A stretch of 64,000 bases of DNA from a virus. Taxonomy: Duplodnaviria; Caudoviricetes. A program made the position numbers and the translations under genes. Every line of letters starts with the position of its first letter. Position 1 is the stretch's first letter. The notes under the pieces were generated by a model, which saw nothing but the letters and a program-made list of their open reading frames with translations, was not told the DNA's origin and did no database searches. Shown one piece after another: positions 32,729-41,526 of the stretch. The stretch is from positions 1-64,000 of IMG/VR virus record IMGVR_UViG_3300002597_000001; one strand, given 5' to 3'.

Positions 32729-32744
32729 AAAATATTTACAATTA

Positions 32745-32787
32745 TCTCATTTAACCTATTGACAGATTCCAAATTATGTGATATATT
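32745..32787 (+). promoter_or_regulatory. sigmaA promoter with CTCAT-N4-CCTAT box
   Basis: TTGACA 32759-17-TATATT with TG. Confidence 0.75.
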
Positions 32788-32817
32788 GTAGACACAGACG
32801 AAAGGAGGTGCGACGAT

Positions 32818-33177
32818 ACGAACGTCATTAATGTAAAACGAGGGGATATTTTCTTCGCCAATCTGTCTGGCAGCAAAGAAGACAGCTCGGTGCAGTGTGG
32901 ACGCCGACCGGTGATTATCATTCAGAACAACGTGGGTAATCGCCATTCGCCGACCACAATCATCGCTCCGCTGACATCCAAAATGAAAAAGCGGAATCTT
33001 CCAACACATGCATTCATTCGGGCGGATGAGGTAAATGGTTTAAGGCGGGACAGCGTTGCCCTCCTCGAACAGGTCCAGGCTATGGATAAAACCGATCTGT
33101 GTGAGTATGTGGGTTCCATTGAGGATATGACCAGTGTTGATAAGGCCCTGATGGTTTCAGTTGGCCTTACAAGTTGA
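32818..33177 (+). CDS. mazF: MazF/PemK-family endoribonuclease toxin
   Basis: VKRGDIFFANL...Q.G.RPVIIIQN..GN..SPT.I.APLTS...DS.ALLEQ. The only RBS-spaced start is ACG 32818. Confidence 0.85.
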   Translation, partial: TNVINVKRGDIFFANLSGSKEDSSVQCGRRPVIIIQNNVGNRHSPTTIIAPLTSKMKKRNLPTHAFIRADEVNGLRRDSVALLEQVQAMDKTDLCEYVGSIEDMTSVDKALMVSVGLTS

Positions 33178-33186
33178 AACAAAAAA

Positions 33187-33229
33187 CCTCATAGAGCCTG
33201 TTGACTGAACGTTGTACATATGATAGAAT
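33187..33229 (+). promoter_or_regulatory. sigmaA promoter with CTCAT-N4-CCT box
   Basis: TTGACT 33201-17-TAGAAT. Confidence 0.7.
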
Positions 33230-33251
33230 AATATGCATGGAGGTGCTTCAT

Positions 33252-34175
33252 ATGTACAACGAAGAAACCAAGGAGAAGTATCTGTCTGCCAAGGAAGCTG
33301 ACAATCACAAGGGCAGAAACCGTCAGACAGTCTTCTTTAACAAGATTGCGCCGTATGAGGAAAAGCTCGGCAAGGATCTTGGCCAGATGACCAAAGAGGA
33401 AATCATTGGTGGGCTCCAGTTTATCGGCAGCTCCTATTCTACGATTCAGGTACAGTCCGTATTTGCAAGGCAGTATCTCCTGTGGTATGACGAGGCGGTT
33501 GCTCCGGTCCGCAGAAGCACGACGGAGTTTTCGTGGGACGATGTGGACCTGACTGAAACCTATCGGCGTGATTACATCCGTGACATCACGCAGATTGGAG
33601 AGGATTGGAGCCAATGCGACCCCATCAACGGAGACTATATCCAGCCATATCTCGTCCTGATCTGGTATGGATTTGCACCGAAGGATTTTCTGAAGCTAAA
33701 GAAAACTGAAGTGGAAATCGGCAAAGATCGAGTGACGCTGACATTTGACGGGATACGCTATACAATCGAGGATTCTGTTGTAGCTCACACGCTGAGGGAT
33801 TATGATGCTTTTACAGAATACCGAGCGGAGAACTCCATGGTGACATGGCACAAGCCGGATACGGAGTTGTTCTTCTACAACAAAGTGTCCGAGGATAGCG
33901 TGAAGGTGAAGAAAACAGTCACCTCTATTGACGCTTCTAGTCGCCTCCAGTGGTATAAGAAGCATAGTATCTATGGTTCCGCTCGCCCTTATGATTACGC
34001 TTCTGTCAGATTGTCTGGGTTGTATCACAGGGTGATTGAACTGCAAGAGCAGGGCGCCACACAGAAAGAGATTGAAACGCTTATGGATTTCTATGGCGTG
34101 TCTAGCAAGAGCAAAGCTATGCGGGCTATCTTTCAGAAGTCGTTTGAGTCCTATCGGAAGGCATTCGGTCTATAA
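33252..34175 (+). CDS. MrpR/YopR-like repressor (degenerate tyrosine-recombinase fold)
   Basis: MYNEE.KEKYL...F....YEE.LGKDL...T.EE N-terminus, LIWYG, VRLSG; catalytic residues not evident. Confidence 0.6.
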   Translation: MYNEETKEKYLSAKEADNHKGRNRQTVFFNKIAPYEEKLGKDLGQMTKEEIIGGLQFIGSSYSTIQVQSVFARQYLLWYDEAVAPVRRSTTEFSWDDVDLTETYRRDYIRDITQIGEDWSQCDPINGDYIQPYLVLIWYGFAPKDFLKLKKTEVEIGKDRVTLTFDGIRYTIEDSVVAHTLRDYDAFTEYRAENSMVTWHKPDTELFFYNKVSEDSVKVKKTVTSIDASSRLQWYKKHSIYGSARPYDYASVRLSGLYHRVIELQEQGATQKEIETLMDFYGVSSKSKAMRAIFQKSFESYRKAFGL

Positions 34176-34247
34176 AAGGGAACGGTGCGCTACTGCGCAC
34201 CTTCTCCTTGAGAAGAAAATCTCATACAGCCTATAGGAGGAACACGA

Positions 34248-35019
34248 ATGAAGATTCCTAAGTCCGAAATCTTATGGAAAACAGACAACACTCCAAACGG
34301 AACCTTCCTTATCACATCAGATAAGATACGAAGTAAATACACGCTGTGGAGGCAGGACGAAGAAGGGGTGACCAAACTAAAAACCGCCGCCACACCAATC
34401 AAGTTAGACGAGGTGCTGGCCCCATATTGGGACCCCGCCTCTGAAAATAAACCAAAACGCAAGAGAAAGGGGAAAATTTAAATTGTACAATCGTTGGTTT
34501 GATAATTTGCCGGTTGAGGAACTTATTTGTGCCTACAATTACCCAAAGGTCAGTGAACTCAGCACAAACGCCACGAAAGACAGCAAGCCGGTTAATACGA
34601 AAGTGTCCAATGTGAAAACCATCTATCACGAAGGACAGCCCGTTGGCGTCAAGGTCTACTTCACGGACGGCACGGCAGAGAAAGCCATCTGTGAGGAAGG
34701 CGACCGCCCGAACTTCAATCTGGATTTCGGCATCACCATCTGCCTTTGTAAGAAGCTCATGGGTGGTAGCCACCAGTATAACAACGCGATTCACAAGATC
34801 CGCAAAGACATGGAAGCTAGGGCTTACGCAACTGCTCTTGCCGAGGAGAAGAAGCGGGAAGCAAATGAGGCCAAGCAGAAAGCCAGACAGGAAAAGGCTC
34901 GCAAGAAGCGCGAAGCCCGCGAACGGGAAATCGAAATCCAGAAGGAAGCATATCTCCGGGCTATGAGAGAGTTTCAGAGCGAAAAGCTACCTGACATGCA
35001 GCTCCCGGACCACGGATAA
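34248..35019 (+). CDS. Two hypothetical proteins (34248-34481, 34483-35019)
   Basis: RBSs; the second has V.F.DGT...C.EGD and a coiled-coil tail. Confidence 0.65.
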
Positions 35020-35038
35020 AATAACAGTTTTGTTAATA

Positions 35039-35116
35039 GGGGCGGTATCCCAACTGGAAGCAGGAAGCGGACTTAAAATCCGTTCAGTGCGGGTTCGAAT
35101 CCCGTCCGCCCTACCA
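35039..35116 (+). tRNA. tRNA-Leu(UAA)
   Basis: Acceptor GGGGCGG/CCGCCCT, anticodon arm GCGGA-CTTAAAA-TCCGT, T loop TTCGAAT, encoded CCA. Confidence 0.9.
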
Positions 35117-35141
35117 TCTATAAATTTAAGGAGGAATGCAA

Positions 35142-35918
35142 ATGGCAGATACAGTAACAACAACTGCTACATACGATGGTGATTTTGTAACAGGAATGGA
35201 CGTGATTATGGGGTCACTCGATGTGGGTGCAATCCCACTTTCTGCCCCTGCAACCGAGGAGCAGAAGAAGAAACTTGCCGAGGTTTGGGATGAACTCTAC
35301 AAAGTAGACGTTAGCGATTACACCGAAACCAAGAACAATCTAACCTATCTTCCGTGGTCAGACGCAATGACCGAAGTGTACAAGCGTTACCCTGACATGG
35401 AATATAACATTCTTTGGTTCGACGGGGATCCCTATCTGTATCGCGAAGGGCTTGGATATATGGTTTTCACCACTGTCACTATCGAAGGGAAAACCAAAAT
35501 TATGTGGCTCCCGGTTCTGGATTACAGAAACCAGATCCTAAAGAATCCCACATGGTACGAGATCAATAAATCCCTGATGCGTTGCCTGGTCAAAAACTTT
35601 GCGGCATTTGGTCTCGGCATGTACATCTATAAGAAGGACAGCCTCCCGGAGGATGCCTTGGAAGCCCAGAAGCAAGAGGCGGCTGCGGCTCAGGAATTGG
35701 AAGCCAAGCGCAAAGAGATTACCGAGCTGGGCAAGGATGCCATTGGCAAAAAGAAAATCACCGGCCCGAAACTGCGCGAGCTGATCACTAGTTTGAACCC
35801 GGCGGGCGGTGCTCCAGGCGATATCGAGGATGTCGAAACGGCAGAAGCTGTCATTGCGGCCATTAAGAAGTTGAAGGCGCCGCCAAAGAAGAAAGAGGAG
35901 GTATCCGATGAAAAGTAA
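35142..35918 (+). CDS. sak: Sak/Rad52-like single-strand annealing protein (DUF1071)
   Basis: LTYLPW..A, MWLPVLD.RN, INKSLMRCLVK..A.FGLG.YIY. Confidence 0.85.
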   Translation: MADTVTTTATYDGDFVTGMDVIMGSLDVGAIPLSAPATEEQKKKLAEVWDELYKVDVSDYTETKNNLTYLPWSDAMTEVYKRYPDMEYNILWFDGDPYLYREGLGYMVFTTVTIEGKTKIMWLPVLDYRNQILKNPTWYEINKSLMRCLVKNFAAFGLGMYIYKKDSLPEDALEAQKQEAAAAQELEAKRKEITELGKDAIGKKKITGPKLRELITSLNPAGGAPGDIEDVETAEAVIAAIKKLKAPPKKKEEVSDEK

Positions 35919-36123
35919 CAACAACTCATCCACAACATCTGGCGGCATCGGATTCTTTGGTCTTTTGACCATTGTGTTCATTGTGCTAAAGCTCCTTGGG
36001 AAGATCTCTTGGAGCTGGTTATGGGTGCTGTCCCCGCTATGGATTTCTCTGGCGCTGGTCGTTCTGGTGGCCGTTATTGTTGCGGTGATAACCATTGTCA
36101 AGACAAAGAAAGAGTATAGGTAA
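35908..36123 (+). CDS. Small membrane protein
   Basis: GGIGFFGLLTIVFIVLKL.G.I.WSW.WVLSPLWI. Confidence 0.8.
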   Translation: MKSNNNSSTTSGGIGFFGLLTIVFIVLKLLGKISWSWLWVLSPLWISLALVVLVAVIVAVITIVKTKKEYR

Positions 36124-36154
36124 CCCAAACGATGCTTTCAAGGAGGAATGTGCA

Positions 36155-36685
36155 ATAGATATCTGGACAACAGAAGTATGGAAAGATATTCCTGGATACG
36201 TTGGAGAATATCAAGTTAGCAATTTAGGGAATGTTAAAAGCTTAGAAAGAAAAATACTAAAATCCAATGGCGTGGTATCCACTATCAGAGAAAGAGTTTT
36301 ACGTCAAAATACAGTCAATGGGTATCCTTATGTGAACTTAGGCAATGGCAACTCTAAGAAGGTTCATGTGTTAGTGGCGCTGGCATTTCTTGGCGAAAGA
36401 CCGGATGGAATGGACGTAAGGCACAAAGATGGGAACAAAAGTAATAATAACGTAGATAATCTTGAATATGGTACACGAAGCGAGAACAATCTTGATAATT
36501 ATAAACATTATGGGTATTTCTGCAAAACTCAAAAACTAAACCGAGAAAAGGCTAAGGAAATCAAAAATTTAATACAGCAAGGCGTTCCATTAAAAAAGAT
36601 AGCCAGTCAATACGACGTTGCAAGATCCACGATTTCTGCAATTAAGCGCGGTGATCTTTATGCAGAGGTTGGTGATACCACATGA
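36155..36685 (+). CDS. NUMOD4-HNH homing endonuclease
   Basis: WKDIPGY.G.YQVSNLG.VKS, VH.LVA.AF, HKDGNK.NN...NLE; ATA start. Confidence 0.88.
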   Translation: MDIWTTEVWKDIPGYVGEYQVSNLGNVKSLERKILKSNGVVSTIRERVLRQNTVNGYPYVNLGNGNSKKVHVLVALAFLGERPDGMDVRHKDGNKSNNNVDNLEYGTRSENNLDNYKHYGYFCKTQKLNREKAKEIKNLIQQGVPLKKIASQYDVARSTISAIKRGDLYAEVGDTT

Positions 36686-37387
36686 ATATTCTCGTTGCTT
36701 GTGAAGAAAGTCAAGCGGTATGTATTGAGCTGTTGGCCCTTGGCCATAATGCCTTTTCTTGCGATATTCAACCATGCTCCGGTAGTAGACCAGATCGGCA
36801 CATTCACGCGAATGTTCTCCCGCTGTTGAATGGGAATTGCCATTTCTTGACAGTGGGGGGGGGTAGAACGACTGCATAGTATAGATGGTCCGTGGGACAT
36901 GATCTTTGCATTCCCGCCGTGTACACACATCGCAGTCAGCGGCGCGAGACATTTTGAGAAGAAGCGCGAGGATGGGCGGCAGAGGTTGGCAATCGAATTC
37001 TTCTGCCGCTTCCTCGAAGCTGATTGCGAGAAGATCTGCGTTGAAAATCCAATCAACATTATCAATGGCGAGTATGTCATGAGGTGGTTCCCGGATTTGG
37101 TCGAGAAGCATCATCTTCCGGTGCCACCATCACAGACTGTCCAGCCATACTGGTTTGGAGATCCATATAAGAAGACCACAAATTTGTGGCTCAAGGGTCT
37201 GCCGCTTCTGGAACCAACCAATATGGTGGAGCCGAAGCTGGTCCATTACACCAGCGGCGATGGTAAACAGCTTACATTCTCCGCCGACTACGGTGTTGGA
37301 TTTAACACCCAGCATGGTAGCCGCAGGAGTAAAACTTACCCCGGCTTTGCAAAAGCACTTGCTACCCAGCTTGCTGGGCCAGCTTAA
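36682..37387 (+). pseudogene. DNA cytosine methyltransferase-like gene frameshifted at a G9 tract
   Basis: ILVACEES at the N-terminus; FPPCT and ENP in the +1 frame; G9 at 36855-36863. Confidence 0.75.
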
Positions 37388-37445
37388 TAATATAGAAGGA
37401 GGATGAGGTTGAGCGCTCACAATACCATGGTTCCTCCTGTACTGA

Positions 37446-37908
37446 ATGGACAACAGCAACAAGATCATCCTGGACCTCTGCGGAGGAACAGGAAGTTGGT
37501 CCCGGCCATGGAAGCTTGCCGGGTATGATGTGCGGAATATCACACTGCCAGACTATGATGTGCTCACCTACGAGCCGCCTGACAACGTCTACGGCATACT
37601 CGCTGCCCCCCCCCATGCACGGAGTTTAGTGTACTGAACTGCATTGCGGAGAACCGACACCGAGACTTTGATTCTGGTATGGAAATTGTGAACGCAAGAA
37701 GTATGAGAAGTGGGAAGAGGTTCCCGACAAGTTGCCGCTCTATACAAGACCCGGCAGAGGGAAACCAAATTTTGCTTACCTACATAAAAGCGCATGGGAG
37801 AATGTCCCACAGCTCCAGTGGCACAAGCCGGAGACAGATGCCGAGTTCCGAGCCATGACACCGCCCGGTTTCGCTTGGGCGTTTTATGAAGCAAACAAAG
37901 ACAGATAA
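37446..37908 (+). pseudogene. DNA methyltransferase-like gene with C9 slip and probable internal deletion
   Basis: ILDLCGGTGSWS, AAPP|CTEFS split at C9 (37606-37614), no ENP; the C-terminal RAMTPPGFA lies in a different frame from CTEFS. Confidence 0.7.
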
Positions 37909-37939
37909 CAAACTACGATTTGATGAGGAGCAAATTTAG

Positions 37940-38233
37940 ATGACCCCACGAGAGGCAATTGAAGTAATCAATAAGAACTGGCCATCAACTTCGCTGGGAC
38001 AACACACAGAATTGATTGAGGCGCTGAGAACGGCTGTCAAAGCCTTGATGTGGCGTATCCCTTTGAGTGTCACACATGAAGCTACTCTGCCACGATATTG
38101 TACTTGTCCGAGATGCAAGAATGTAGTGGACTCTTTTATGGATTTCAATGAGGAAAGAGTTAGAGTTAAACCGTCAATCTGCCGACACTGTGGGCAGGTA
38201 TTAGACTGGTCGGATGTAAAAGATGAAAACTAG
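37940..38233 (+). CDS. Zn-ribbon hypothetical protein
   Basis: CPRC...CRHCGQ.LDWS. Confidence 0.7.
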   Translation: MTPREAIEVINKNWPSTSLGQHTELIEALRTAVKALMWRIPLSVTHEATLPRYCTCPRCKNVVDSFMDFNEERVRVKPSICRHCGQVLDWSDVKDEN

Positions 38234-38256
38234 ATTTAATAGATAGGAGGAATTCA

Positions 38257-38799
38257 ATGTATCAGATTCGATCAAATGTGTTCGAAACAAACTCCAGTTC
38301 TACCCACAGCATCGTAATTTCAAAGGAGCCGGTGACCCGGTTTCCGACGACGCTTTACTTGAAGTTTGGAGAATATGGGTGGGAGTTTGACAATTATAGC
38401 CTACCGGATTATCTGTACACAGCAATTTATGAGGTGTTGTCCAGAGAAGAAGCCGAAGAGGCATGCCGCCATATTGAGAAAGTCCTCAGCCAACACGGTG
38501 TTGCCTGTGTGTTTGAGCCTCCGAAATACACCCAATACAGTGGTGGTGAGTACTTCGACAGCGGGTATGTAGACCATGGATATGAACTCGCTGACCTGGT
38601 TGAGGCCGTGCTTTCGAATGATGATCTACTGATTCGGGCTTTCTGCGGCGACGCAACGGTATATACAGGCAATGACAACTCTTATGCCGAGGATGATATG
38701 TGTAATTGTGCAGATGAATACCTGTGGACAGACTATGGAAAAGTACCAAATCCAAATCATGACCCCGAACACTACGACTATTTCTACAAAGGAAACTAA
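38257..38799 (+). CDS. FETNSSS-motif protein 1
   Basis: MYQIRSNVFETNSSSTHS. Confidence 0.8.
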   Translation: MYQIRSNVFETNSSSTHSIVISKEPVTRFPTTLYLKFGEYGWEFDNYSLPDYLYTAIYEVLSREEAEEACRHIEKVLSQHGVACVFEPPKYTQYSGGEYFDSGYVDHGYELADLVEAVLSNDDLLIRAFCGDATVYTGNDNSYAEDDMCNCADEYLWTDYGKVPNPNHDPEHYDYFYKGN

Positions 38800-38811
38800 G
38801 GAGGCGACAAA

Positions 38812-39189
38812 ATGATCCAGATCAGACCCAAGGTGTTTGAAACAAATTCTAGCTCGGTTCACAGTCTGATTATGTGTACGGGTGACGAATACGAACGTCT
38901 TAAAGAAGAAGAATTACTGATCGTTGTTGACCCGTGGGGATCGAGTTCTGAATATGCAGATCAAGACTTCGTAACCCCGGATCAGGCAAGAGACATTGCC
39001 GCGAAAGATAAATACTACACAGGGCCAGATCCATACAGGCTGTCTATTGGAGAGCTTCTTGAGTCATACAGAGATATCAAGACGCTGGAAGATTACTGTG
39101 ATACAGAATGGTTCGAAGGTTTTGAAGAGAGTTATACAACTCCTGGCGGAGAAAAGGTGGTAGCATTTGGGTACTATGGTCACGACTAA
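38812..39189 (+). CDS. FETNSSS-motif protein 2
   Basis: MIQIRPKVFETNSSSVHS. Confidence 0.8.
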   Translation: MIQIRPKVFETNSSSVHSLIMCTGDEYERLKEEELLIVVDPWGSSSEYADQDFVTPDQARDIAAKDKYYTGPDPYRLSIGELLESYRDIKTLEDYCDTEWFEGFEESYTTPGGEKVVAFGYYGHD

Positions 39190-40114
39190 AGGCGTTGTTA
39201 CAGACGGCATTCTTGGAGTATACAGGAATGGGAATTATAGTGTAATGATCTGTTCTGACGGCACCAAGATTCGCTTTGCGGATGTAGACGAATTCCGCCC
39301 GACACACCCCGAGAGTATTGACCTTCTGATTACAAAATCCTGTGACCTCGGGTGTCCTATGTGTCATGAGGATGCCAGACCGGACGGGAAGCACGGAGAT
39401 ATCCTGAATCTTCCGTTCCTTGACACGATGCTTCCTCATACTGAAATCGCCATCGGCGGCGGCAACCCTCTGGAGCATCCTGACTTGAATGAATTCCTTG
39501 TCTCGTTGCGGGATAGACGGTTAATTGCCAACATGACCGTGAATCAAAAGCATTTCATGATGCCAGAGAATCAGAAGCGGCTGCACGATTTTGTTCATAA
39601 CGGTTTGCTTTACGGTATTGGTGTCTCCCTGACCGAAGGAAGTTCTGACCTGATAGAAGCTCTGGCTGAGTTTCCGAATGCTGTGGTCCACGTCATTGAA
39701 GGATACACTCCAATCGAAGAAATAAGGAAACTTTATGGAACCGGTGTAAAGATCTTGATTCTTGGATACAAAACCTTCCGTCGCGGCGGCGCCTTGTATT
39801 TAAACGATCCAAGCATTGCACTGAATCAGACGCGGTGGAATGATGAATACATCGGAGAAATTGTGAACGATGGGGAGTTTGCGGCAGTCAGCTTCGACAA
39901 TCTGGCGATCCGTCATTTGAATCTCAAAGACCGGATGGGCGATTCCGAGTGGGCTAAATTCTATATGGGCGACGATGGTCAGTTCACCATGTACGTTGAT
40001 GCGGTAAACCGGCAGTTCTCTAAGAACTCAACAAGCTCTACGAGACACGCTATGCTGGATGATATCAAAGATATGTTCGCGGTTGTCAAAACCAAAAGAG
40101 TGAATGAAAACTAA
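39167..40114 (+). CDS. Radical SAM protein
   Basis: CDLGCPMC (CxxxCxxC), GGGNPL. Confidence 0.9.
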   Translation: MGTMVTTKGVVTDGILGVYRNGNYSVMICSDGTKIRFADVDEFRPTHPESIDLLITKSCDLGCPMCHEDARPDGKHGDILNLPFLDTMLPHTEIAIGGGNPLEHPDLNEFLVSLRDRRLIANMTVNQKHFMMPENQKRLHDFVHNGLLYGIGVSLTEGSSDLIEALAEFPNAVVHVIEGYTPIEEIRKLYGTGVKILILGYKTFRRGGALYLNDPSIALNQTRWNDEYIGEIVNDGEFAAVSFDNLAIRHLNLKDRMGDSEWAKFYMGDDGQFTMYVDAVNRQFSKNSTSSTRHAMLDDIKDMFAVVKTKRVNEN

Positions 40115-40137
40115 GTTTGGTGTGAGGAGGTGAAGAC

Positions 40138-41502
40138 ATGCCTGGATATATCGACAAAGACGCCTTGATCAAAACGACCGAAGAGGCTCCGTTTACAATG
40201 TCAATGTGCGTGTCAGTTGAAGAGTGTAACGGAATGAACAGAGCCAGAAAACTATTCGTTGAAATATTTAAGACCCTCCCTACCTCCGATGTAGCACCAG
40301 TGATACATGGGGAATGGATTGATATGCAACCTCCTGATGCGGATGGGAATGTGCAATGTTGGTGCTCTGTTTGTGGGGCCGGAGAGTTACATGCCGAAAA
40401 TCAAGTAGTCCCATATTGTTGGAAGTGCGGGGCGAAGATGTCCCCGACATCAATGTCGGGGACAAGTGGAGGTGCGAACAATGCGGCTGATTGATGGCAA
40501 CGCCCTGTACGAAAAGACGGCAGAGTGGGAGTCGCTTGCGATGGAAACGCTAAAGGTACAGGAGGACAATGCCGAATGGCAACGTTGGCAAACAATTCTG
40601 ACCGAGCGGACGGCGTTCAAGTATGACGTGGCAGATGCTCCCACCATCGATGCCGTTCCAGTGGTACATGGTAACTGGATCACAAAAGAGTATATGTACG
40701 GAGATCCCGATGTCGGACTAGAAGATATGTGGGTTGATCGGCTTGCCGAAGCAACAGATTATTATGCGGAGTGTTCTATGTGCGGTAAAAACGCGGGATA
40801 TGATGGCGAGGGGAGCCTTATACTTTCCGATTTCTGCCCTTCGTGCGGAGCGAAGATGGATGGAGGTGACAGCAGTGACTGACTACATAAGCCGGGAAGC
40901 GGCGGTTAAAGCTGCTCAAGATGGCGCGGACAAGTGGGATGGTGGGTTTAATAGAAATCGAGATTCTTATATTGAGTGCGCCATTGATCTGATTCCCGCC
41001 GCTGACGTTGTCGAGGTGGTACATGGGAAGTGGAGGCAAGACAAACAAGGTAAATGGCGATGCTCTGTGTGCAAAGCCGGAAACAACTATGCGTATGCGT
41101 GGGTATTGCAAGACAACTACTGCCCCAACTGCGGTGCGAAGATGAGACCGACATCAATGTCGGGGACAAATGGAGGTGCTGAAAATGGCTGAGTATGTAA
41201 AAAGATCTGACGTGCTGGACGCCTCGAAAATCGTGTACATCGAGTACATAGAAGTAGACAGTGAAGGGTATGAGGAAGGCGACGCTGACGACATCCCTGT
41301 TGTTTTCAAACGAGATATCGAGGCCATCCCCGCCGCCGATGTGGTGGAGGTGGTGCATGGGGAGTGGCTATGGTTCGAGGACTGCTCAAATAGCGGACTA
41401 TACTGTTCTGCCTGCCACAAACTCATTCATAAAGTGATGACACCGAAAAAGAAGTTATCTAACTACTGCCCAAACTGCGGAGCAAAGATGGATAAAACCT
41501 AA
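40138..41502 (+). CDS. Four tandem paralogous Zn-ribbon proteins (40138-40494, 40481-40882, 40875-41192, 41185-41502)
   Basis: Shared P..DV.(P/E)V.HG.W ... CS.C ... (Y/F)C..CGAKM. Confidence 0.8.
40439..40464. repeat. 26-bp palindrome, partly repeated at 41148-41168
   Basis: TGTCCCCGACAT-CA-ATGTCGGGGACA. Confidence 0.8.
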
Positions 41503-41526
41503 ATTTGATTATAAGGAGGAGCGATA

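Noticed and set aside
32700-34200. Arbitrium (aimR/aimP) locus, expected in SPbeta-like phages
   Set aside because: No TPR receptor or signal-peptide pro-peptide gene was recognised in the window.
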